A stretch of DNA of 55,805 bases, taken from contig NC_057752.1 of assembly GCF_004010195.1 (NCBI RefSeq), forward strand, positions 4,709,834 to 4,765,638. The letters are read 5' to 3'. The stretch is from Chiloscyllium plagiosum (Eukaryota). Positions 36,601 through 44,362 of the stretch are shown here, piece after piece. The position numbers and the translations under genes are program-made. The first letter of the stretch is position 1. Every line of letters begins with the position of its first letter. The notes beneath the pieces were generated by a model. It saw nothing but the letters and a program-made list of their open reading frames with translations. It searched no databases and was not told where the DNA came from.

Positions 36601-39600
36601 AGGTCAACTCTCCTCAGACAGCACCTTCCAAACCCACGACCACTTCCATCTAGAAGGACAAGGGCAGCGGATACATGGGAACATCACCCCCTGCAAGTTC
36701 CCCTCCACTCACTATCCTGACTTGGAAATATATCGCCGTTCCTTCACTGTCACTGGGTCAAAATCCTGGAATATCCGCCCTAGGGGCATTGTGGGTGTCA
36801 GTACACCAGTAGTTCAAGGAGGCAGCTCACCACTGCTTTCTCAGGGGGTAACTGGGGACAGGCAATAAACGCTGGGCCCAGCCAGTGATGCCCATGTCCC
36901 ATGAGTGAATAAAAGTGCTCCTCAGTTCTTGACAAACACAGAACAATATCAGTTCACTACTGGATTGATGTTTGCATGGGGCAGTCAACTTAGGACAGAA
37001 ACAGACCTTTCAGTCCAACCAGTCAATGCCAAACATAATCCCAAACTAACCTAGCCCCACCTGCCTGCTCCTGGCCCATATCCCTCCAAACCTTTCCTGT
37101 TCATGTCCTTGTCCAAATGTTTTTCAAACATTGTAACTGTACCCACATGCACCACTTCCTCAGGAGTTCAGAAAAGATTTACAAGGACGTTGCCAGGGTT
37201 GGAGGATTTGAGCTACAGGGAGAGGCTGAACAGGCTGGGGTTGTTTTCCCTGGAGCGTCGGAGGCTGAGGGGTGACCTTATAGAGGTTTATAAAATCATG
37301 AGGGGCATGGATAGGGTAAATAGGCAAAGTCTTGTCCCTGGGCTGGGGGCATCCAGAACTAGAGGACATAGGTTTAGGGTGAGGGGGGAAGATATAAAAG
37401 AGACCTAAGGGCCACGTTTTGGGTGGTGCGTGTCTGGAATGAGCTGCCAGAGGAAGTGGTGGAGGCTGGTACTATTGTCACATTTGAAAGGCATCTGGAT
37501 GGGTATATGAATAGGAAGATTTAGAGGGATATGGGCCAAGTGCTGGCAAATGGGACAATATTAGGTTGAGATATCTGGTCGGCATGGACGCATTGGACTG
37601 AAGGGTACATCTCTATGACTCTAAGTCCTTTCCACACGTGAACCACCCTCTGTGTAAAATATTTGCCTCTCATGTCTTTTTTTTTAAACTCTCTCTCTCC
37701 TCTCACCTTAAAAGTGTGCCCCCAGTCTTGAAATCCCCCATCCTAGAGCAAAGACAGCTACCATTAACTATCTATACCCCTCATGATTTTATAACCTTCT
37801 ATAAAGGTCACCTCTCCACCTCCTATGCTCCAGTGGAAAAAGCCCTTGATACACCCAGTCGATATGTGACGCAAACTTCAAAATGGGCGTAACTCCCAGA
37901 GGTGAGGCTTGAACCACAGCCTTCTCAATGGAAGGCCAACAAAGCCAAGCCTATGCTTTATCAGCATCTGACTTTAGAACATAATGGGACCATGTGCAGC
38001 CATGTTGGAGAGTGACACTTCAAAACCCGCTCTGAGCAGCGCGGGGAAAAGAATGAAATGATAGAATGAGGGATGGAGTGCACTTTATGCTGAAAATAAA
38101 AGAAACCAAGTGGCCCAGATATGGTTAATTGATACCACAATGCGTCTGCATATTCGGACTAAAACAATGGCCCCATCAAAAATCTTCCACAACCAGCAAA
38201 GACTTTCAATTTAAATGATACACAGACTAAAGCTGAAGCCAATTTTCCTTTTAGCTTCGTGGATTGAGTTCCAGCCTTCAATAATTCGCTTTTGCAGCAC
38301 TTTGGCTTTGAAATGTTTCGGTTTAGAAGGATCTCGATGAAATGGAATCGCCCGGATTTTGTGGTCCTGGGTGAAAGAATGGTGCCAGCTGGTCAGTACG
38401 ACTTAAACTTACCCCCAGGCTTTTTCCAGAGAACCTGGAGAGAATAAAAGACTTGCATTTCTGTCACGCTTTTCACAAGCACCAGGCATTTCAAAGTGCT
38501 CTGCAGCCAAACAGGTACTATTGTAACATCAGTGCTAACTTCTGTTCAGCAAAACCCCCCCCAATAGCAATATATGGGCAGCATGGTGGTTAGCACTGCT
38601 GCCTGACAGCGCCAGGGTCCCCGGTTCAATTCCAGCCTCAGGCAACTGTCTGTGTGGAGTTCTCTGGTGCTCCGGTTTCCTCCCACAGTCCAAAGATGTG
38701 CAGGTTAGGGTGAATTGGCCATGTTAAATTGCCCCATAGTGTGCAGGCTAGGGGAATTGCAGGGATAGGGAGGTGGGTCTTTGGAGGTTCAGTGTTGACT
38801 TGATGGACCAAATTGCTGGCTTCCACACTGTAGGGGTCTTGTCTGAACCATTGATTCTCCTGACCCACTGTGCTTTTCCAGCCCCACTCTCATCCTGGTT
38901 CTGTGATCATGACCAGTCAAATTATTTCTTGTGTGATGTTGATTGAGGGATGAATATTGACCTAGACACTGGACTCAATTGTCTGCCTCTACTTTGAAAC
39001 AATGCAGTGGGACCTTGCACGTTCACCCAAGCAAACAGCTGGGATCTGAGTTGAACGGTTCGTTCACACGACAGCACAATGCTCCCTCAGGACTGCAATG
39101 GAATAAAAACCTCGAATTTTGCACTGAAAGTCCAAGAGAGAGACCTGAACCCAGAGACAAGTGGTGCGACCACTTGAACCATGAACTGACATGGTCGTAG
39201 CAGAGCTGAATTGAAATCAATATCTGCATGCTGTCTTCTGCAGGATGTAGAACACCGAACAATACAGCACAGTACAGGCCCTTCGGCCCATGATGTTGTG
39301 CTGAGCATTTATCTTAATCTAAGATCAACCTAACCTACACACCCCTCAATTTACAACCATCCATGTGCTTGTCCAGCAGTCACTTTAATGTCCCTAATGT
39401 CTCTGACTCTACTACCACCGCTGGCATTCCATGCACCCATCACTCCTACATAAAGGACTTATCTCTGACATCTCCCTGATACCTTCGTCCAATCACCTTA
39501 AAATTATGACCCCTCGTGACAGCCATTTCTGCCCTTAGGAAAAGTCTCTCGCTATCTACTCTATCTATGCCTCTTATTACCTTGTACACCTCTATCAAGT

Positions 39601-42600
39601 CACCCCTCTTCCTCCTTCTCTCCAGGGTGAAAAGCCCTAGCTCACTCAACCTCTCTTCATAAGAGATGCCCTCCAATCCAAGCAGCATGCTGGTAAAACT
39701 CCTCTGCACCCTCTCTAATGCATCTACATCCTTCCTATATTGAGGCGACCAGAACTGAACACAATATTCCAAGTGTGGTCTAACCAGGGCACTCAATCCC
39801 CCTGTTAATGAAAGCCAACACACCATACACCTTCTTAACAACCCTATCAACTTGGAACTTGTGTGAACAGGGGAAGCAATAATGTGCCTTCTCAACCAAC
39901 CAAGCAGAGAGAGCCTGAGTCAGAGAGTACTTATGCCAAATCCAGTGCAGAATGCAACACAAAGAGAATTACATCATGAATGTGTTACGAAAAAAAAGGG
40001 ACTAAAAAAGACTGACAGAAAAAAAAAAAGTTTATTTCAATAAATCTCCAGTAATAATTAAAGTCTGAAGGACTGTGAATCTGCACTTGGACAAATTCAT
40101 TTTCACTTCCAGCGAGGTGGTCTGCTGTTAATTGTGCTGGTAGCCTCACTGTTCATTTTAATCACAAAATCTGAGCCAATGCACTGAGGGGTTGACTGTT
40201 GCCACAAAGTCACCTCATCTAGAAGACAGACAGCATGCATCTCTTCAGCATTAGGCAGCACGGTGGCTCAGTGGTTAGCACTGCTGCCTCAGTGCCAGGG
40301 ACCTGGATTCAATTCCAGCCTCAGGCGGCCGTCAGCGTCGAGTTTGCATGTTTTCCCCATGTCTGGGTGGGTTTCCTCTGGGTGCCCCGGTTTCCTCTCA
40401 GTCCAAAGATGTGCTGGTTGGGTGAATTGGCCAAGCTAAATTGCCCATAGCGTTCAGGGATGTGCAGGTTAGGTGCATTAGTCAGGGTTAAGTGTAGGGG
40501 GATGGGTCTGGTGAGTTATTCTTCAGAGGGTCGGTGTGGACTTGTAGGGTTGAATGGCCTATCTCCACACTGTAGTGATTCTATGTTTAAATTGATTGAT
40601 CATAGCTGGATGATGGGCTTTTGCCCGAAACGTCGATTCTCCTGCTCCTCGGAAGCTGCCTGACCTACTGTGCTTTTCCAGCACCACACCCTCGACTCTG
40701 ACTCTCCAGCATCTGCAGTCCTCACTTTCTCCCGATCCTAGACCTTTCAAGTGAGCTTATTCTAGCCCACTAAAGGGGTGCAATGGTAGTGCCCTCACCT
40801 CTGAGCCAGGAGGCCCAGTTTCTAGTCCCACTTGCTCCAGCAGTGAGTAATAAATCTCTGGACTCGTTGATTTCCAATTTCCCCTCCCAGTGGGAAAGAG
40901 TTAGGTTGCCTCAGTTCACCCTTATCCCACCGCCCCACCCGAACTCAGCACCCCCTCCCCACTACTTCACCATTCCCAGTCTCTTTCCTGAATTTCTGCG
41001 GGGAGTCCTGTCCCATAGGCAGCATGGCTGAGAACTCACCGAGAAGGGAAACACCACCACACCTTCACACCTCCCTGCTCCGCGGTGCAAGGGTGGGTGC
41101 ACGGATTCCATTTGCATCGGTGTTACCACGCCTGCGCCAAGCAACAAATGTGCCTGTTGTCAACCGGGTTCAGAATTTGACTCTTTAACAACAGAATTAG
41201 GTCACTTGTCCTCTTCACAGTGATTGATCCAGCCAGCTCCCTCGGGTTCCTCTTCAAAACTCATACACAGAAATCAAACTTACAAGGGAAATAGATGGTG
41301 ACATCTTGCAAAATGTCCAGATTACAGAGGAGCAAGTGCTGGATGCCTTGAAACGGTTAAAGGTGGATAAATCGCCAGGACCTGATCAGGTGTACCCGAG
41401 AACTCTGTGGGAAGCTAGAGAAGTGATTGCTGGGCCTCTTGCTGAGATATTTGTATCATCGATAGTCACAGGTGAGGTGCTGGAAGACTGGAGGTTGGCT
41501 AACGTGGTGCCACTGTTTAAGAATGGTGGTAAGGACAAGCCAGGGAACTATAGACCAGTGAGCCTGACCTCAGTGGTGGGCAAGTTGTTAGAGGGAATCC
41601 TGAGGGACAGGATGTACATGTATTTGGAAAGGCAAGGACTAATTAGGNNNNNNNNNNNNNNNNNNNNNNNNNNNNNNNNNNNNNNNNNNNNNNNNNNNNN
41701 NNNNNNNNNNNNNNNNNNNNNNNNNNNNNNNNNNNNNNNNNNNNNNNNNNNNNNNNNNNNNNNNNNNNNNNNNNNNNNNNNNNNNNNNNNNNNNNNNNNN
41801 NNNNNNNNNNNNNNNNNNNNNNNNNNNNNNNNNNNNNNNNNNNNNNNNNNNNNNNNNNNNNNNNNNNNNNNNNNNNNNNNNNNNNNNNNNNNNNNNNNNN
41901 NNNNNNNNNNNNNNNNNNNNNNNNNNNNNNNNNNNNNNNNNNNNNNNNNNNNNNNNNNNNNNNNNNNNNNNNNNNNNNNNNNNNNNNNNNNNNNNNNNNN
42001 NNNNNNNNNNNNNNNNNNNNNNNNNNNNNNNNNNNNNNNNNNNNNNNNNTGCGGCTGTACAGGACATTGGTTAGGCCACTGTTGGAATATTGCGTGCAAT
42101 TCTGGTCTCCTTCCTATTGGAAAGATGTTGTGAAACTTGAAAGGGTTCAGAAAAGATTTACAAGGATGTTGCCAGAGTTGGAGGATCTGAGCTATAGGGA
42201 GAGGCTGAACAGGCTGGGGCTTTTTTCCCTGGAGCATCGGAGGCGGAGGGGTGACCTTATAGAGGTTTACAAAATTATGAAGGGCATGGATAGGATAAAT
42301 AGGCAAAGTCTTTTCGGGGAGTCTAGAACTAGAGGGCATAGGTTTAGGGTGAGAGGGGAAAGATTTAAAAGAGACCTAAAGGGCAACTTTTTCACGCCGA
42401 GGGTGGTACATGTATGGTATGAGCTGCCAGAGGATGTGGTGGAGGCTGGTACAATTGCAACATTCAAGAGGCAGTTGGATGGGTATATGAATAGGAAGGG
42501 TTTGGAGGGATATGGGCCGGGTGCTGGCAGGTGGGATTAGATCGGGTTGGGATATCTGGTTGGCATGGACAGGTTGGACCGAAGGGTCTGTTTCCGTGCT

Positions 42601-43722
42601 GTACATCTCTATGACTCTAATTCCTGATGAAGGGCTTATGCCGGAAACATTTAGTCTCCTGCTCCTCTGATGCTGCCCGATCGGCTGTGCTTTTCCAGCA
42701 CCACACTCTGACTCTGATCTCCAGCATCTGTAGAGTGATAGAACATGCCGAGTTGAGAGGGTAGTGCTGGAAAAACACTGCAGATCAGGCAGCATCCGAG
42801 CAGCAGCATGTTTTAAACATAAGCCCTTCATCAAGAATCTGACATGGATCAAACATTCGAGGTTAGACTAAGAATGACCTTTCACCCCTGCTTTCTGCAG
42901 AGCTCCCCCATCCCTGCAATGTGGCTTTTCCCCACTCTGTCCATCTTGCAACTTTGTCCATCTCCCCTCAACCCCCCCCCCCCCCCCCTCCTTACGTCCA
43001 TCTCCCTCTTTGCTTCGCCCATATCTCCCTACATTGTGCAACGTTTCCACCCCCCGTTACAAGGAGGAGTGCAAACTCTCCAACCCTGCAGTAAATGATG
43101 CAAGTTGACCATTGGATTGGGCTGGGAGCAGGAACAAATCAGCATTGGAAAACGAGCAATAACAGAAAGAGTTTGTGCTCTCTCTCTCTCTCTCCCTTTG
43201 AAAACAACAGGGGCCAGTGCAAGAGTTCTCTTACCGTTGTCTGCAGCTCTGGAGATCATCCAGTAAGTTCTCTTTCTCCATCTGGATCCGGTCCTTGTCC
43301 TTGACCACCAGCTCCAGCTGTCTCTTCAGCTCCCTGACCTCCTGCAGATAGACCTCCCCGGCTCGGCTCGGCTCCTTCGCTCGGAGCTGCCTCAGCTCGG
43401 CCAGTAGCACCGCGTTCTGCTGCTCCAAGCCCCTCACTTTGTCGATGAAATTGGCGAAGCGGTCGTTCAGTTCCTGCAGCTGCACCTTCTCGCTGGTCCG
43501 GGTGGTCAGGAACTCCTGGCTGAGGGCATCGGCGACTGAGAAGTCCGCCCTGTCCAGGTAACTCCTGGCGGCTGGGGTGCTGGACCGGGGCCGGTAGGAG
43601 CCGGTGCTGGTCCTCAGGAAAGCTGCAGGCGAGCTGAGCAGCCGGGAGCCGGAGATAGGGGAGATGGAGGCTCCCCCGAAACTCCTCTTGGAAGAGGCGG
43701 TGCTCACACGGTAGGAAGACAT
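15630..43722 (-). CDS. prph: Peripherin (type III intermediate filament), 9 coding exons, 439 aa; this span includes introns
   Basis: Spliced exons give head, coil 1A ([20 protein letters not shown]), coil 1B/2, the rod-end motif ([21 protein letters not shown]) and tail ([14 protein letters not shown]). Exon sizes 61/96/162/126/221/44 match the type III layout. Stretches resembling peripherin more than desmin, vimentin or [67 protein letters not shown]. Confidence 0.88.
16060..16460 (-). mobile_element. CR1-type LINE 3' end in prph intron 8, preceded by a PLE fragment (about 15850-16025)
   Basis: Typical tail (catagaacat...acaggcccttcggccc) and an ORF2-terminal remnant. Confidence 0.7.
16580..16653 (-). 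CDS. prph: prph exon 8 (74 nt)
   Basis: atgctttag|AT TAC GAT CTC...GGA GAG|gtgagg. Reads [25 protein letters not shown]. Confidence 0.9.
16767..16810 (-). CDS. prph: prph exon 7 (44 nt); absent from the ORF track
   Basis: ttccctcaatag|G ATT GCA GTC CCA GTT CAA TCC TTT ACT TCC CTG AGC CTC AGA G|gtgagt. Reads [15 protein letters not shown]; phases 2 and 1 fit the neighbouring exons. Confidence 0.92.
17235..17750 (-). mobile_element. CR1-type (HER1-like) LINE 3' end
   Basis: Reads EYCVQFWSP and [19 protein letters not shown]. Confidence 0.88.
18331..18573 (+). mobile_element. Penelope-like terminal-repeat insertion with a 5' inverted segment and hammerhead-type motif
   Basis: 38-bp inverted repeat 18331-18368 / 18429-18466; CTGAAGA...GAAACGTC at 18459-18492; ACAAAAAAA(AA)TC on both flanks (probable TSD). 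Confidence 0.7.
19230..19578 (-). mobile_element. tRNA-derived SINE (HE1/V-SINE-like), followed by PLE fragments to about 19910
   Basis: Minus strand GTGGTTAGCACTGCTGCCTCACAG...GGTTCGATTCCAGCC. Confidence 0.8.
20169..20389 (-). CDS. prph: prph exon 6 (221 nt), end of the rod domain
   Basis: cgacag|AAC GAC TCC...GAG AGC AG|gtgagc. Reads [15 protein letters not shown]...[28 protein letters not shown]. Confidence 0.96.
20935..21578 (-). mobile_element. tRNA-derived SINE with an internal ~53-bp unit amplified about 8 times
   Basis: Unit AACCTGCACATCCCTGGGCACTATGGGACAATTTAGCATGGCCAATCCACCCT repeated over 21048-21440. Confidence 0.85.
21823..21964. mobile_element. Short Penelope-like insertion with an exact 14-bp target-site duplication
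   Basis: CCTTACAATGTGAC at 21809-21822 and 21965-21978; inverted head followed by a direct tail. Confidence 0.85.
21828..21860 (-). ncRNA. Minimal type I hammerhead ribozyme motif (PLE-associated)
   Basis: C-CUGAAGA-A-GGGC-UUAU-GCCC-GAAAC-GUC-GAUU on the minus strand. Confidence 0.65.
23689..23814 (-). CDS. prph: prph exon 5 (126 nt)
   Basis: cggcag|TTC ACT GAC...GGA ACC|gtaagt. Reads [42 protein letters not shown]. Confidence 0.95.
23853..24167 (-). mobile_element. tRNA-derived SINE (HE1/V-SINE-like)
   Basis: A/B boxes on the minus strand (TGGCTCAGTGG, GGTTCGATTCC) and a CR1-like tail. Confidence 0.8.
24665..25020 (+). mobile_element. CR1-type LINE 3' end (intron 4); a related copy lies at 25445-25795 (intron 3)
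   Basis: Shared tail aggggcaactttttcacacagagggtgg...gaataggaagggtttggagggatatgg. Confidence 0.85.
25137..25298 (-). CDS. prph: prph exon 4 (162 nt)
   Basis: atcccag|GAG CTG CGG GAC...TCT AAG|gtaaca. Reads [54 protein letters not shown]. Confidence 0.95.
26064..26159 (-). CDS. prph: prph exon 3 (96 nt)
   Basis: cccacag|GAT GTG GAT GAT...AAT GAG|gtgagc. Reads [32 protein letters not shown]. Confidence 0.95.
26670..26950 (+). mobile_element. tRNA-derived SINE
   Basis: TGGCCCAGTGGTTAGTACTGCTGCCTCACAG head plus the conserved core. Confidence 0.75.
27490..27805 (+). mobile_element. CR1 fragment (27490-27720) abutting a PLE terminal fragment (27720-27805)
   Basis: CR1 ORF2-terminal sequence, then GATGAAGGAGCAGCACTCTGAAAGCTT...AATAAACCTGTTGGACTATAACCTGGTG. 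Confidence 0.65.
28283..28343 (-). CDS. prph: prph exon 2 (61 nt)
   Basis: tgctgcag|G TTG GAA GAG GAA...TTC AGG AAG|gtgagt. Reads [20 protein letters not shown]. Confidence 0.95.
28580..29035 (-). mobile_element. tRNA-derived SINE with about 5 tandem copies of the internal 53-bp unit
   Basis: Repeated GGGACAATTTAGCATGGCCAATCCACCCTAACC at 28680-28910. Confidence 0.82.
30095..30395 (+). mobile_element. Well-preserved tRNA-derived SINE (HE1/V-SINE-like)
   Basis: GGGCGGCACGGTGACTCAGTGGTTAGC (A box), GTTCAATTCC (B box), core GTCTGTGTGGAGTTTGCACATTCTCCCCGTGTCTGCGTGGGTTTCC, and an (AATCT)n end. Related copies at about 31695-31950, 38575-38840, 40254-40585 and 51820-52115. Confidence 0.85.
30690..31030 (+). 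mobile_element. CR1-type LINE 3' end
   Basis: Reads [23 protein letters not shown]; tail ends CTATGACTCTA. Confidence 0.85.
32835..33750 (-). mobile_element. CR1-type LINE 3' end spanning an assembly gap
   Basis: [26 protein letters not shown] to the right of the gap and the 3' UTR to the left. Confidence 0.85.
33076..33447. other. Assembly gap (372 N)
   Basis: Run of N. Confidence 1.
34123..34442 (+). mobile_element. Gypsy-type 5' LTR (34123-34350), primer-binding site and truncated gag start
   Basis: TGTAG...TTTCA, then G-TGGCGACGAG (PBS), then ATG CTG TTA TTT GGG AAG CTT at 34420. Confidence 0.72.
34645..35200 (+). mobile_element. CR1-type LINE RT fragment with internal deletion
   Basis: [13 protein letters not shown]...SKFADDTKI...[19 protein letters not shown] joined directly to the [15 protein letters not shown] segment. 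Confidence 0.88.
35925..36370. mobile_element. Penelope-like fragments in inverted arrangement with two mutated hammerhead motifs
   Basis: Minus copy at about 35933-35968 and plus copy at about 36238-36274; both have GAAA changed to AAAA. Confidence 0.7.
36600..36915 (+). mobile_element. 3' tail of the LINE family seen at 8585-9440
   Basis: CAGCACCTTCCAAACCCACGACC...GAAGGACAAGGGCAGC...GGCAATAAACGCTGG...ATGAGTGAATAAAA matches the reverse complement of 8590-8830. Confidence 0.75.
36990..37845. mobile_element. Nested CR1 tails: a plus copy (37165-37625) inserted into a minus copy
   Basis: The minus-strand tail is split at ...CCACTTCCTCAGGAG and resumes at TTCCACACGTGAACC after the plus-strand copy. 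Confidence 0.75.
38449..39185 (-). mobile_element. Ancient DeuSINE (SacSINE1-like) interrupted by a younger SINE and a PLE remnant (about 38575-38900)
   Basis: GACTTGCATTT...TCAAAGTGCT...AGCCAA tail, TGATGTTGATTGAGGGATGAATATTG...AGTGGGACCTTGCACGTTCACC central domain, and a tRNA-like head near 39150-39185. Recognised from memory. Confidence 0.55.
39250..39855 (-). mobile_element. CR1-type LINE 3' fragment
   Basis: Reads [29 protein letters not shown]...RGDLIEVYK. Confidence 0.88.
41283..42620 (+). mobile_element. Young 5'-truncated CR1-type (HER1-like) LINE in prph intron 1, antisense to the gene, spanning a gap
   Basis: ORF2 RT N-part ([11 protein letters not shown]...[11 protein letters not shown]...[16 protein letters not shown]) and an open C-terminal ORF 42067-42540; tail CTATGACTCTA. 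Confidence 0.92.
41648..42049. other. Assembly gap (402 N)
   Basis: Run of N. Confidence 1.
42620..42840. mobile_element. Two PLE terminal fragments tail-to-tail with degenerate hammerhead motifs
   Basis: CTGATGAAGGGCTTATGCCGGAAAC at 42624 (plus) and the inverse ...CATAAGCCCTTCATCAAG at about 42818-42836. Confidence 0.65.
43235..43722 (-). CDS. prph: prph exon 1 (488 nt): head domain, coil 1A, start of coil 1B
   Basis: ATG at 43722 (context AGCGGCATGT). Reads [17 protein letters not shown]...[19 protein letters not shown]...QSCRQ, ending at a phase-2 donor CG|GTAAGA. Confidence 0.93.
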
Positions 43723-43773
43723 GCCGCTGTGACTTAAGGCGAGCCCACTGCAGGGATGGAGCTGCTCAGGTTC

Positions 43774-43781
43774 CTTATATA
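43774..43781 (-). promoter_or_regulatory. TATA box of prph
   Basis: TATATAAG on the minus strand, 52-59 nt upstream of the ATG. A GC-box-like GGGGGCGG lies at about 43838-43845. Confidence 0.75.
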
Positions 43782-43979
43782 GGGAGCCCAGCCTGGCCAC
43801 GCCTGAAGCTCACGGTTCAATCCCAGCCCATGGCACACCGCCCCCTGGTCAGTGGGGAGAGAGGGTCAGAACTGAAATAATATTGAAGGTGCTCCTGCAT
43901 CCCCACGTCGCTTTTCAAAAAGTTTGCAGATTTCTTTCTCCCCGCCAACCAAAGACTGGTATTAAACTCCAAATCAGAG

Positions 43980-44180
43980 GATGTGTGTGTATGGAATGAG
44001 CTGGCAGAGGATGTGGTGGAGGCTGGTACAATTGCAACATTTAAAAAGGCATCTGGGTGGGTATATGAATAGGAAGGGTTTGGAGGGATACGGGCCAAGT
44101 GCTGGCAAACGGGACAAGATTGGGGTTGGGATATCTGGTCGGCATGGACGGGTTGGACTGAAGCTGTACAGCTCTCTGAG
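43980..44180 (+). mobile_element. CR1-type LINE 3' tail about 200 bp upstream of the prph TATA box
   Basis: TATGGAATGAGCTGG...GTATATGAATAGGAAGGGTTTGGAGGGA. Confidence 0.85.
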
Positions 44181-44362
44181 TCCAGAAGTGAATGGGACTC
44201 TGTGGCTCCATTAGGGACAGCGTCCAAGCCCTCCACACTTTCAATGAGCTCAACACAACGGCAAAGGGAGCACAGGCTCCTGGGGTCACAGAATCTTCCT
44301 CTGAGCAGGAACAAAAGACGAAAGCACCGCTAGTCAGAGTTGTCCTGGGTCCTTTTCCCCTT

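Noticed and set aside
15630..43722. Alternative calls: desmin, vimentin, GFAP or alpha-internexin
   Set aside because: The nine-exon type III layout excludes internexin and neurofilaments. Head-end, coil 1B and tail residues resemble peripherin more than the other type III proteins; a phylogeny or synteny check would settle it.
43773..43783. CArG box (SRF site) suggesting a muscle gene
   Set aside because: CCTTATATAGG has 7 A/T bases rather than 6 and coincides with the TATA position.
43723..43800. 26-residue N-terminal extension of exon 1 in the ORF track
   Set aside because: It starts at GTG and runs through the TATA box. The ATG at 43722 is the plausible start.
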